A DNA stretch of 62,929 bases, filler included, from an uncultured Chlamydiae bacterium (lineage in GTDB: Bacteria; Chlamydiota; Chlamydiia; Chlamydiales; SM23-39): NCBI GenBank assembly GCA_937899275.1. It is 9 parts of 9 records of this genome, joined end to end, with 100 filler letters (N's around TTAATTAATTAA, not from the genome) between each part and the next. Parts side by side here need not be neighbours in the genome. Positions count along the whole stretch, not along the records: positions 18,047 to 24,078 come from CALBPE010000007.1; positions 24,179 to 25,873 come from CALBPE010000008.1; positions 25,974 to 35,896 come from CALBPE010000009.1; 6 more parts are not named here. One strand, 5' to 3'. A program made the translations under genes and the position numbers. The notes under the pieces were generated by a model, which saw only the letters and a program-made list of their open reading frames with translations, was not told the DNA's origin and searched no databases. This document shows positions 19,156 through 29,594 of the stretch, one piece after another. Each line of letters starts with the position of its first letter. The stretch's first letter is position 1.

Positions 19156-21705
19156 ATGGACAGTGCATACTATCAATACTCGCAATACTCGGCAGAAGAG
19201 GTATTAGAAAAACTGGGCTCCTCAAAAGAGGGACTACAGCGAAGCGAAGTGGAAAAAAGAAGAGCTCGTTATGGAGAAAATACCATTGAGGGCAAAAAAC
19301 GGATTTCCCTTTGGGCTGTTTTAGCTCGGCAATGCCTTAATCCCTTAGCCATTATTCTTTTTGTTGCAGCGGTTGCTAAAGCCTCTTTGGGCTCTTATGT
19401 TGAAGGAGGAACAATTGGCGTTACCGTTTTTTTTATGGTAGCGATTGCTTTTTTTCAAGAAGCAAAAGCAGAGCGCTCGTTAGAAGCCTTAAAACAGCTT
19501 TCTCCTGATAGGTGCCGTATACAAAGAGATGGTCTGTTACAAGAAGTGGATGCAAAAGAGCTGGTTTTTGGGGATATTCTTTTTTTAGAACCTGGCGATA
19601 AAGTGCCGGCAGATGCAAGGCTTTTATCAATCAATGGCCTGCAGGTTGATGAGTCGAGCCTCACTGGAGAATCTACCCCGATTACCAAAATTGTGGAAAA
19701 AATCCCGCAAGAAGCGCTTCTAGCCGATCAAAAAAATATGGTCTTTGCCCCCTCAATTGTTCTCTCTGGCAAAGGTGTTGCTGTAGTCACCGCTACAGGT
19801 ATGCATAGCGCTTTGGGAAAAATTGCAGCAGAAATGAGCCGTATCGAACAAGAGAAAACGCCTTTGCAAATCAGTATTGGCAGATTTTCGAAGGCGATGA
19901 TGGTTCTTGTCGCAGGGTTTGTGAGCCTACTTGGGGTTTTAGGATGGATCCAGGGTATGGCTATTCGTGAGCTGCTGCTTTTTTCGATTGCAGTTGCCGT
20001 AGCTGCAATACCAGAGGGGCTGCCTGCTGTTGTAACGGTTGTATTATCGATCGGTGTGCAGATCATGGCGAGAAAAAAAGCGCTGATTCGTCATTTATTA
20101 GCTGTAGAGACTTTGGGAAGTACAAGTGTGATTTGTACAGACAAAACAGGTACTTTGACCATCAATCAACTCAAGGTGGTGCAACACGAGGTCTCAGGAC
20201 ATCTAGAAGATCTTTTGGACGTCGCGTTTTTTTGCCAAGATGCAAAAAAAACGCCAGAAGGCTGGAAGGGAGATCCTGTAGAGCTTGCTTTAATTGCCTG
20301 GGCAGAAAAAGAAAGGCCAGATGTAGCCAAAGGAGAAAAACTTGCCGAAATCCCTTTTTCCAGCGAAAACGGGATGATGGCTGCTCTAATGGCATTTTCT
20401 AAAGGGAATGAGCTCCTGATTAAAGGAGCCCCTGAAATTTTACTAGAAAGGGCGTCAAATAGCAAAAGCGAGTGGAAAAATATAGTCGAAAAAATGAGCG
20501 CTCAAGGGCTAAAGGTGCTTGCAGCGGCTAAAAAACCATGGAAAAATAACGATTTTACGCTTGACGATGTGCAGGAGTGATTAGAGATTTGTGGGTTTTT
20601 TGGCTTAATGGACCCACCCAGAAAAGATGCAAAACAAGCAGTAGAAAAATGCAAAGGTGCGGGTATTCATGTGGCGATGATTACAGGAGATCATGCTCTT
20701 ACTGCAGAAGCGATAGGAAAAGAGTTAGGTCTAGAAGGAAAACAGATTATCACAGGCAAAGACCTACTGCATATGCCGCAAGAAAAACTCAGAGAAAAAG
20801 CAGATACAACAGCGATTTTTGCCCGGATTGAGCCGCTGCAAAAACTCGCTATTGTCCGTATGTATAAAGAGATGGGCCATACAGTTGCTATGACAGGAGA
20901 TGGCGTCAATGACGCTCCTGCATTAGAGTCTTCAGATATTGGGATTGCTATGGGCGTTTCTGGGACAGATGTAGCAAAAGAAGCCTCACAGATGGTTTTA
21001 CTAGATGACCGGTTTTCTACCATTGTTGATGCTGTTGAAGAAGGGCGGGTGTTATTTTCTAGGCTGCGTCATGCGCTTACTTTTCTTTTAACAACTTCTT
21101 TAGGAGAAGTGCTCGCGATTCTTTTAGCATTTTTTGCTGTAGGAGCTCCGCCTTTAGAGCCGCTGCAAATTTTATGGATCAATCTAATTACAGGGTCTTT
21201 GATTGCTGTTCCTTTGGGTATAGAGCCAAAAGTAGGCGATGAGCTGGGATTTCCTCCAAGAGAAAGCGGCGTAGGGCTCATGTATACAGGTATGCTGATC
21301 CGTATCTTCTTATTTTCGTTTTTTCTTGGCGCTTCTACCTTTGCTATTTTTATGATACAAGATCCAAAAAATGCGCTTTTTCAAGCGAGATCTTCTGCTT
21401 TTGCCTGCGTAATTTTTTTTGAATGGCTAATTGCTTTGCAGTTTCGTTCAGATGAAACGCCAATTTTTCGTTTGGGCTTTTGGAAAAATCGCTATTTATG
21501 GAAAGCAATTGGTCTGGCTTTTGCCTTATTTTTGGCGATCATATATCTTCCCTTTTCCCAAAAGATTTTTCATACCAAGCCTCTTGATTTACAAGAATGG
21601 ATCTTAGCGCTTATGCCTGGCGTTGCCTTGTTTTTTTTAGAAGAGTTAAGAAAATACGCACTTCCCCATCTTTTCAATCGAGGAAAGTGGAAAAAAGGCA
21701 TTTAG
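19156..21705 (+). CDS. P-type cation-transporting ATPase (type IIA, Ca2+-like), one in-frame TGA at 20578-20580
   Basis: TGES, IPEGLP, DKTGTLT, KGAPE, DPPR, TGDH, GDGVNDAP, QILWINL. The two ORFs are in frame (VQE*LEICGFFGLMDPPR). Confidence 0.92.
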
Positions 21706-21842
21706 CAGCCTTTATCTACGTCCGGAATTTTTTCATATTGATTAAAAAAATTATTGATAATAAATCCTGGTTATTTCATATTTCTGACACATTCAAGAAC
21801 TCAAATATTGTCTATAAGAAACATACAACAAGGATAAAGCAT

Positions 21843-22955
21843 ATGTCAGGAGTGGGACCAACACCTCCCTTATCACCAGGAACGTCACCAGAGACTAACC
21901 AATCCCCCGAAGAAAAGTCAGGAAGCGTTAGAAGAAAAAAATCAAGAATTCCTCAATCGCCAACACGACTTCCATCGAGATCCAAAAGCGCGACTAGGGC
22001 TGAATGGCAACTGCAACGAAAGAAAGGTGGTAGGCTCCGTATGGGGGGCAACTCGAGCGCCAGTAGAATTAGTAGCGAAAGTCCAGATCCTCAACCCATA
22101 GCATCTAAAAAACACAAAAGCATGTTCGGAAGGGTGAAAAGTAAAATCAAAAAGGCTTTCCGCGGGTCAAAACCTTATGCGCGTTCCGGTCAGGCTAGTA
22201 GCTTTGCTGAGCCACCTAGCGCTGGCGCAGGAAATGGGAGGATGCGCCCTGTGGTGAGTAGCGCCACTCGTTTACGGCCAATGTCGACTGAAAGGAAAGA
22301 ATCCCATAGAGGATCCCAGTCTAAGCGAGGTGCTGACTTGCAAAAAGAGCAAGTAGCTGTTTTACATAGAAAAGTAGATCGGTTAGAAACAAAAGAAGCA
22401 AAGCAGACTAGCCGCATCGAAGAGCAGAAAAAGATCATTGAAGAACTTCTTGAATACATGCAAAAACTTGGCAGTAGGCCTCTCACAAAAAAGGAGAACA
22501 AGGACGCTCCAAACAGCATACAGAATTTGGTGGACCAATTGCTTAGAGTGCAAATGAAAGGCCTTCTTGGATTTCAGGATCGGATGATAGAAAAAATCAA
22601 AAAACTTTCTGTATGGGAGCGTATAAGACTAGCGTTTGATCCGAGTAGACTATCTACTCTCGATATCCTTGAAGCAAAAAATGGATCTAATTGGGCTTTA
22701 CAAAGTTTATTAAACGGATTACAGGATCAGGGAAAAGATATACCTCTTCCCGTCTACAATCAATCTAGCCCGTCTTTTTGGTCTAGAATGAAAAAAGGGG
22801 CCGTAAAATGTCTAAAACAGCGTTGGAGCGACTTGCAAAAAGGAGCTAGCAACTGCGTAAAAGTTGTGACTAAACCGTTTTTTGATCTATGCCACTGGTT
22901 GGGTAATTATATTCGTCAGGCTAAGCTATGGGTTTTATCCCGATTTTCTTCTTAA
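21843..22955 (+). CDS. Hypothetical protein, candidate type III-secreted effector
   Basis: ATG at 21843 after an AGGA RBS-like sequence; MSGVGPTPPLSPGTSP low-complexity start, basic disordered region, coiled coil. Confidence 0.6.
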   Translation: MSGVGPTPPLSPGTSPETNQSPEEKSGSVRRKKSRIPQSPTRLPSRSKSATRAEWQLQRKKGGRLRMGGNSSASRISSESPDPQPIASKKHKSMFGRVKSKIKKAFRGSKPYARSGQASSFAEPPSAGAGNGRMRPVVSSATRLRPMSTERKESHRGSQSKRGADLQKEQVAVLHRKVDRLETKEAKQTSRIEEQKKIIEELLEYMQKLGSRPLTKKENKDAPNSIQNLVDQLLRVQMKGLLGFQDRMIEKIKKLSVWERIRLAFDPSRLSTLDILEAKNGSNWALQSLLNGLQDQGKDIPLPVYNQSSPSFWSRMKKGAVKCLKQRWSDLQKGASNCVKVVTKPFFDLCHWLGNYIRQAKLWVLSRFSS

Positions 22956-23046
22956 TAGCTAAGAAAGCGCCTAGATCATCTTAATAGAGCATTGGCTTTT
23001 ACTTTCTATCATGGTGAGTTATCTAGGTGCTTTCTATTTTAGTGCA

Positions 23047-24078
23047 CTAGTTTCTATGTAGTACTACGATCCTTTTTTGTACTTCTTCATCAAGAGGGTA
23101 AATGCCTGGAGGTTTGTCGAGAGAAGTTTTTGCTTGCATCAAGCCGGCAAATAGAAGCGCTCTTGTTAGCTGAAAACAAGGGGCGTCAGAAGCTTTGTAA
23201 TCTTGCGTAAAAGTAATTGGAAAACCAGAGTTGATTAAATGGATCCCAGAGACATTTAGATCCACATGGGGATTTTGGTATAGCGGCTGCGTTTTTCTCA
23301 ACATCACAGCATCAAATTCTCGATCTGAGCTAGAGAGGCTTGCTAAAATCACCGGTTTTTTTAGCTGATCATAATAGACGTAGGGAAAAGAGGTGGTTCC
23401 TGTTGTTCCAAGAATCACATCCCAAGAAGATAACGAGGACAAAAGTTCTGTATGAGATAGGCTGGAACAGGTAGGGTCTATATCAAAACAACGGGTGTAA
23501 TACTTTTTTCGAAGTGTTGAGAAAAGGGCTTTTCCCACCACTCCAAAACCGAGTAGTAGCACATTTTTTATCCGATTACCCTGCGTTTTTTCTATTTTCT
23601 TCCAGCTATGCATGGCCACATCGATGCCCATAGGCGTTTCATATTGGAGCTTTACCCAGGATCTTGCAACGTTGATGATGGGAAAGGCCAGCTTTTGGGA
23701 TTGTAACTTATGAAAACCCGAGGAAGTTTGTTCTACTCCTGCAATCGGTGCATTTTTAGGGAGCATGTTTTCTGCAAAATCGATTAAGTATCCCCCTTCT
23801 TCTAATTGTAGAATAGAAGGGTGAGATATGCGGCTACTTACTTTTACTGCATGTTGCATCAAGTTATAGGCATTTTTTCTGAGGGTTGCATCGTAGTGTT
23901 CATGGCTGTTGAAGTGGAAGCTGTTTTTATCTACGTAGATTCCCATATTTTGTAACCGCTTCAATGCTACAGGATCTGTGGAATAGCATTTGCCAAGGAC
24001 AAATGTCCATTCAGGCGCTGCACCTTTTTCTAGTAGTTTTTCAAAAAGGGCGCATGTCGTTTGATTGATATGCTGTAG
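23047..24078 (-). CDS. S-adenosylhomocysteine hydrolase-like NAD-binding protein, 5' truncated
   Basis: QHINQTT...VLGKCYST, LEEGGYL, GVEQTSSG, INVARSWVK, GFGVVG Rossmann motif, LASLSSSDREF, NSGFPITF. Confidence 0.7.
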   Translation of the reverse strand, partial: LQHINQTTCALFEKLLEKGAAPEWTFVLGKCYSTDPVALKRLQNMGIYVDKNSFHFNSHEHYDATLRKNAYNLMQHAVKVSSRISHPSILQLEEGGYLIDFAENMLPKNAPIAGVEQTSSGFHKLQSQKLAFPIINVARSWVKLQYETPMGIDVAMHSWKKIEKTQGNRIKNVLLLGFGVVGKALFSTLRKKYYTRCFDIDPTCSSLSHTELLSSLSSWDVILGTTGTTSFPYVYYDQLKKPVILASLSSSDREFDAVMLRKTQPLYQNPHVDLNVSGIHLINSGFPITFTQDYKASDAPCFQLTRALLFAGLMQAKTSLDKPPGIYPLDEEVQKRIVVLHRN

Positions 24079-24292
24079 NNNNNNNNNNNNNNNNNNNNNN
24101 NNNNNNNNNNNNNNNNNNNNNNTTAATTAATTAANNNNNNNNNNNNNNNNNNNNNNNNNNNNNNNNNNNNNNNNNNNNGCCCATTTCTTGTTGCTGCAGG
24201 GCCCCGCTTTTTATTCTGAACATTTCTCGCTGCGGAAGCACCCCCGTTTTTTATACTGACGAATACTAGAAAATAAAAAAAACAAGATTTTT

Positions 24293-25612
24293 TTAGAGGA
24301 GAGATCTGGTTGAGGAAGAGAAAGGGATTTTTTTCTTATCAAAAAACTCTAGTGCAAGGGCATCTAAACCATGCCGTTTTCTATGAGGGTAGAGGATATA
24401 CGATGCGATCATTGTATCAAAACCGACCTCTTGTATTTTGATTTCATGGTGAAATAAAACGTGGTAGTCGTATTTGGCGTTATGTGCGATGAAATAGCTG
24501 TTTTTTCTTTCAAAGAAGGGTTTACATTCTTGGAATAGTTCCTCTGGTTTCAACCCATCATTAAAGGGGATGTAATACGCCTCGCCTGTTTTTGCTGATA
24601 GGCCTATTCCTACGATTTCTGCTTGCAAAGGGTCTAAACTAGTGGTTTCTAAATCAAAGGCTACAGGTTTTTTTTCAAAGCCTTTTAAAAGTGTTTTTAG
24701 CTCTTCGATCGAAGCGATTTTTTTGTACGAGATTTTTTCCGGAATTTCTTTTTTTTCTTTTTCAAAACCCAATTCTTTCAAAAGGGTCATGAAATGCATT
24801 TCTTGATAAAACTCTTTGAGTTCGTTTAGATTGGGAGACGTTTTTTTGTAAAATGCAAAAGAGTTTGGAATAGCCACTTGATGAAGAGTAGCGAGCTCTC
24901 TAGAAAAAAGCGCTTTTTCTCGTTCTTCAACAAGCGTTTCTTGCTTTTTTTTACCGGGAACTTTTTCGGGGTGTTCTAATAGGGTGTCAAGCGTCCCAAA
25001 TTTTTGTAAAAGAGATGCAGCGGTTTTTGGACCAAATCCACTTAGTCCAGGAATATTGTCCGCGGTATCTCCCATGATTGCTAAAAGATCGAGCATTTGA
25101 GAGGGTTTTACCCCGAAAATTTCTTCGACTTTTTTAGGATCGATCAAAAGGTTGTCCTTATGGATATTGATGACAGATATATCTGGACTTACTATTTGAA
25201 ATAGATCTTTATCGCTTGTACACAAAAAGGACTTGGCTTTCTTTTCTGTTGCCCAAAGAGCCACAGAAGCCATCACATCATCGGCCTCATATCCAGCGAT
25301 GCATAGCGTGGGGATTCCAGCCATTTCACAAAACTCCCTAGCCCAACCGATTTGAGGGTAGAGATCTTCGGGAGCTTTTTTTCTATGCATCTTGTAATCG
25401 GCGTAGATTTCTTGCCGTTTTTTCGCATTATCAGGACCATCGAATACAGCTACAATATGATCTGGAGAATACGTCTTTAATACTTTATCTACCGAGCGAA
25501 TAAATCCATACAAACCAGATGTAGAATTCCCTTTTTGGTTTGTCATAGGGCCAATCGCATAGTAAGAGCGAAAAAGGTAATTGACTGCATCTAAAATGTA
25601 GATTGTATCCAT
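24293..25612 (-). CDS. polA: DNA polymerase I, N-terminal 5'-3' exonuclease and start of 3'-5' exonuclease domain; truncated
   Basis: FRSYYA, VFDGP, YKMHRK, GYEADD, TSDKDL, GDTADNIPG...GPKTA, FDLETTSLD, HNAKYD. Confidence 0.95.
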   Translation of the reverse strand: MDTIYILDAVNYLFRSYYAIGPMTNQKGNSTSGLYGFIRSVDKVLKTYSPDHIVAVFDGPDNAKKRQEIYADYKMHRKKAPEDLYPQIGWAREFCEMAGIPTLCIAGYEADDVMASVALWATEKKAKSFLCTSDKDLFQIVSPDISVINIHKDNLLIDPKKVEEIFGVKPSQMLDLLAIMGDTADNIPGLSGFGPKTAASLLQKFGTLDTLLEHPEKVPGKKKQETLVEEREKALFSRELATLHQVAIPNSFAFYKKTSPNLNELKEFYQEMHFMTLLKELGFEKEKKEIPEKISYKKIASIEELKTLLKGFEKKPVAFDLETTSLDPLQAEIVGIGLSAKTGEAYYIPFNDGLKPEELFQECKPFFERKNSYFIAHNAKYDYHVLFHHEIKIQEVGFDTMIASYILYPHRKRHGLDALALEFFDKKKIPFSSSTRSLL

Positions 25613-25621
25613 GAGTCTAAA

Positions 25622-25873
25622 TTAAGAGTTTGGCTCGTATTGATATGAGATGGGGTAGTAGCTGTCTTTCTCCATAAAAACGTTTTTCAGTTGGCTGAAA
25701 AGAGAATCTGCTTGCAAAAACCCTGGAAGCCAAGGTTTTTTTACGCTCAATCGAACTACTTGATAAGGCGCATTTTTATCGATTTTTGCCGCATCAATTA
25801 AAGCGCTAAGAGCGTCACTATAAAGCATATCTCCTTGGTCGATGTAGCCAATTTTTTCTGCAGTTTCTGTATC
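25622..25873 (-). CDS. C-terminal fragment, probably S49 peptidase (SohB/SppA)
   Basis: AEKIGYIDQG...YSDAL pattern; sohB lies directly upstream of polA in chlamydiae. Confidence 0.5.
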   Translation of the reverse strand, partial: DTETAEKIGYIDQGDMLYSDALSALIDAAKIDKNAPYQVVRLSVKKPWLPGFLQADSLFSQLKNVFMEKDSYYPISYQYEPNS

Positions 25874-25973
25874 NNNNNNNNNNNNNNNNNNNNNNNNNNN
25901 NNNNNNNNNNNNNNNNNTTAATTAATTAANNNNNNNNNNNNNNNNNNNNNNNNNNNNNNNNNNNNNNNNNNNN

Positions 25974-26455
25974 ACTTAGGAGTGTGTGTCTACCCGAATT
26001 TTGCTTTTTCCGATCTGGAAGAAAAAACTGGGAAGAACCGTCAAGATGCTTATTTGGATTTTGGGGTAGGGGCATTTGATGTGTTTCGAGAAAATAGGGA
26101 AACCGCCTTTTCTTTGGAATATCAGCCGGCTCATGTCTGGCATACTATTAGACCCGTTGCAGGGGCTATGATCACAACGCATTTGGCCACATACTTACAT
26201 CTAGGCTTTGCATTTTCCTGGGTTATAGGTGATGTTTTTCTTCTTTCTCCTGGTTTTTCTGCAGGTTGGTACCAGAAGGGAAAAAGTGGAAAAGATTTAG
26301 GCTTCCCTTTAGAATTTCGTTCTGGCGTTATTGTAGCTTGGGTACATAAGCAGCAAAGGTTTGGCGTGCATTTTTATCACCTATCTAATGCTAGCTTAGG
26401 CAGAATCAACCCAGGCGCTGAATCACTCACTCTATTTTTTTCTCAAAAAATATAA
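25974..26455 (+). CDS. pagL: Lipid A 3-O-deacylase (PagL / acyloxyacyl hydrolase family), 5' truncated
   Basis: GKDLGFPLEFRSG, YHLSNASLGRINPGAESL catalytic motif, beta-barrel pattern. Confidence 0.82.
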
Positions 26456-26540
26456 AATTGAAATTAAATTTGAGTGTTGAAAAATAAATAGTTATAAATT
26501 TTAATAAAATTATAAGGTTATTGATAAAAGGGTTCATAGT

Positions 26541-27509
26541 TTGCACCGAGAGCTTCCATTTAAACCATTTCCTTTCTTAAAAGGATCTCACGCGCAGACA
26601 TTTATCGGCACTTTTCTGCAATGGGGAAAAGAACCTAAATCCACAACAAAATACATCAGCTTATCTGACGGCGATGAAATCGCTGTAGAAATATCGACTC
26701 CATCTGAGTGGAATCCAGATGGGGGATTAACCGCGATTTTAGCGCATGGACTTTGTGGATCGCATAAATCCTCTTATTTAGTCCGATTAACTCGAAATTT
26801 ATTGAAAAGAGGCGTTCGCTGCGTCCGTTACAATATGCGCGGATGTGGTAGCGGTAAAGGAAGAGCTAAGCATGTGTGTACAGTTTCCCGGTCAGAAGAC
26901 TTTTTAAAAGTGTTTTATACCCTTGCTTTGGATACGCCCAACTCGCCCTTTGTTATTGTGGGATTTTCCTTAGGAGGAAATTTGGTTCTCACCTCTGCAG
27001 GAGTGATTGGAAAAGAAGCAAAAGGAATCATAAAAAAAGTCATCTCCATCTCGCCTCCAACGGATTTATTTAGTAGCGCCCGCCTGTTGACAAGAGCAGA
27101 AAATCAATTTTATCAAAAGTATTTTCTTCGAATACTCAAAGCGAGGATCCGAGAAAGAGAAAGGTTATACCCCGACTTTCCGAAAATCGTTTTTCCAAAA
27201 AGAATGAATGTCATCGATTTTGATTCTATTTGCACAGCCCCAGAAGGGGGATATAAAGATGCTCTTGATTACTATAAAAAATGTAGCTCAAAGCCGTTGT
27301 TAGAAAATATCGGTGTAAAAACCCACATTCTATTTGCTAAAGATGATCCGATCATATCAGCTGATCAGTTAGATGACCTGTCCCTTCCAGAGCATATTGA
27401 GATTTACAAAACCGGCCACGGTGGGCACCTCGGTTTGCTCGCGAGAAAAAAAGACGGGGGATTTCATTGGATGGACCGGCTTATTGAGAAATGGGTCTTA
27501 GAGGCTTGA
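26541..27509 (+). CDS. YheT-family alpha/beta hydrolase
   Basis: HAQT, HGLCGS..SSY, NMRGCG, GFSLGGN, AKDDP, GGHLG. Confidence 0.88.
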   Translation: MHRELPFKPFPFLKGSHAQTFIGTFLQWGKEPKSTTKYISLSDGDEIAVEISTPSEWNPDGGLTAILAHGLCGSHKSSYLVRLTRNLLKRGVRCVRYNMRGCGSGKGRAKHVCTVSRSEDFLKVFYTLALDTPNSPFVIVGFSLGGNLVLTSAGVIGKEAKGIIKKVISISPPTDLFSSARLLTRAENQFYQKYFLRILKARIRERERLYPDFPKIVFPKRMNVIDFDSICTAPEGGYKDALDYYKKCSSKPLLENIGVKTHILFAKDDPIISADQLDDLSLPEHIEIYKTGHGGHLGLLARKKDGGFHWMDRLIEKWVLEA

Positions 27510-28994
27510 TACCGCCGGCTCTTTTTCTGCTGAGCCACTTTTTTTCTCAAATTCTTTATGAAGAGCGTTCACAGAAAACGCCCAATAGACGGTAGTCAAA
27601 GCCACGATAGGCAGCAAAAATCCTGATATAGCAAGAACAGATCCTGCGCTTGCAAGTTGCAGCAACAGTAGTTGGATCCAAGAAGAGCCTGATTTGCCTA
27701 AACGGGAACCTACAACATCGATCGCAGCCTTGCCTTTCACCTTAGATTCTTGGTCTAAGGGAATAAACGCCATCTCTTTTGTAGGATCGAAAAGAGAGTA
27801 TTTTATTGATTTACTTACAATGCACTGAAACGCGCCGAAGTAGACCACAGCAATCAGAGGGTCTATGCCAAAAATAGACATGCCGAATATGTTTTTTGTA
27901 ATCAATAGCAGGAAAAACACAGTGCTTGTGCACCCCAGCATGATCGGGGAAACAAGGGCGCTAAACCGCCAGCCTAGCGTACGAATCACATTACCGCTAA
28001 TAAAAAAAGCGGTAATAAGAGCAACCATGCCGATCACAGAATTTACTCTAGCGGTAAATTCCTGAAAATCTGAAGGGTTAGGATACAGTAGCTTCACATT
28101 AGCCTTCCAAGGCACATCTACCATGTTGATGGCAAGCCCGTAAGCTACCACCATCACAGCGATATAACGAAGATAGCTCGAAGATGCGATATATTTTAGC
28201 CCCTGCATAAGAGATAGCTTCGTTTTGGTTTTCATTTGGATCGAAGGAGCAGCTACAGTTTGATTTGTAACGCAATAACGCACAATCCACCAGTGTAAAG
28301 CGATGATCAATACACAGAAAAAAAGCATACAAATGGAAAGAGCCTGGACGGTAACTAAGTAGTCATAGCCTGCAAATTTCCTTGCATAGTAAATGATTAA
28401 AGGCCCTGATAACACAGTACCTAAATCGCCAGCTACAGCAAATAGCGTGTAGTACCTTTTTGCCTCGTCTAAGACATTGATTTGGTTGCAAAGACCCCAA
28501 AATAGGACAAAAATCACCAACGGAGCCCACAGCTCAGCAACCACAAAAAAGATGCTTTGCATCCAGTTGCGATAAATCGCAATCCAGTGGGAATAGTTAG
28601 GTCCTACTTTTGCTAACATCCAATTCGCAGAAGAAACAGGACTTAGGAGCTCTCGGTTGGGAATAAGCAGAAAGCTGTATAGCAAAATGAACGCTAAGAA
28701 TGCCGTGATCGTACCATAAAAAATCGTAGACCGCTTGTACTTGTTAGTCAACTTTGCATACAGAAGGGTGATGATCATGGCTGCTGGCAGAACAACCCCT
28801 CCTTTAAGCACAGGAATCACTTCTGCTCCAGAGCCTTCTCCTGTAATGATTAAGGTATCTTTCATCATCAGAAAGATGCTGTAGATGAAAGAAATGAAAA
28901 ACTTCATTAAAATTAAGGGTACGACTTTTCTTAACTCAAAGGAATGAATTGGCCATAGCCTTGTGCGCCATTTACTAAACTTTTCTTGTGTCAT
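27498..28994 (-). CDS. Nucleotide transport protein (NTT / ATP-ADP translocase family)
   Basis: LWPIHSFELRK, KDTLIIT...GAEVIP, AELW, KYSLFDPTKEMAFIPLD, KGKAAIDVVGSRLGKSG. Confidence 0.96.
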   Translation of the reverse strand: MTQEKFSKWRTRLWPIHSFELRKVVPLILMKFFISFIYSIFLMMKDTLIITGEGSGAEVIPVLKGGVVLPAAMIITLLYAKLTNKYKRSTIFYGTITAFLAFILLYSFLLIPNRELLSPVSSANWMLAKVGPNYSHWIAIYRNWMQSIFFVVAELWAPLVIFVLFWGLCNQINVLDEAKRYYTLFAVAGDLGTVLSGPLIIYYARKFAGYDYLVTVQALSICMLFFCVLIIALHWWIVRYCVTNQTVAAPSIQMKTKTKLSLMQGLKYIASSSYLRYIAVMVVAYGLAINMVDVPWKANVKLLYPNPSDFQEFTARVNSVIGMVALITAFFISGNVIRTLGWRFSALVSPIMLGCTSTVFFLLLITKNIFGMSIFGIDPLIAVVYFGAFQCIVSKSIKYSLFDPTKEMAFIPLDQESKVKGKAAIDVVGSRLGKSGSSWIQLLLLQLASAGSVLAISGFLLPIVALTTVYWAFSVNALHKEFEKKSGSAEKEPAVSSL

Positions 28995-29405
28995 GTTCGC
29001 GTTTTACCTTAATTTACCCAAATATCATACTCCAATACTTCTTATATGTCATAGAAATTTTCTCGAAAACATTCTAGTGTAAAATCCTTTTTAAAAGGGG
29101 AGGGGGAGATTTTTAAACATCTAAAAATAAGATACTTATTAATACTTACCGAAAAATTTTTCCGAAAAAACCCAAGCGGTTTTTCCTCGCTAAAAACAAG
29201 ATAATCCACCAAAAACGTTCCCGATGGGCTTCTGGGTAACGGAAGACCGGTTGCCACATTGCAAAAGCATCTACGAAAAAAACAGTAAATACTATTAAAA
29301 ATAAAATATTGATGAATATATAAAAATTACAATACAATATTTGTTATGTTTTTGTTTTGCAAATTATTTCTTTACTTTGATAGAGGTTAGAGTAAAGGGG
29401 GATCT

Positions 29406-29594
29406 ATGTTTAAATTATTTACACTCACAGGCATATTTTGTACCTATGCTTGGTTTGTATCGACAAACACCCAAGATAGCCTTTACGAAGCTGGTTTAAG
29501 TGTCTACGAATACATCGTGCAAAAAGCAGAGGAACATGACATAGAACTTCATATTCATACACCTGCTTGCTTTCATGAAATGGACGAAGATTAG
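29406..29594 (+). CDS. Small hypothetical protein
   Basis: AAGGGGG RBS, N-terminal hydrophobic segment, convergent with the HIT gene. Confidence 0.55.
   Translation: MFKLFTLTGIFCTYAWFVSTNTQDSLYEAGLSVYEYIVQKAEEHDIELHIHTPACFHEMDED

Noticed and set aside
8794..20580. TGA reassignment (genetic code 4 or 25)
   Set aside because: TGA terminates intact genes, internal TAA and TAG are as frequent, and Trp is encoded by TGG throughout.
21597..21842. 82-aa N-terminal extension of the 452-aa ORF
   Set aside because: Overlaps the ATPase 3' end and an AT-rich spacer; a better start with RBS is at 21843.
29042..29337. ORFs 29042..29257 and 29146..29337
   Set aside because: AT-rich intergenic frames with no RBS or protein-like features.
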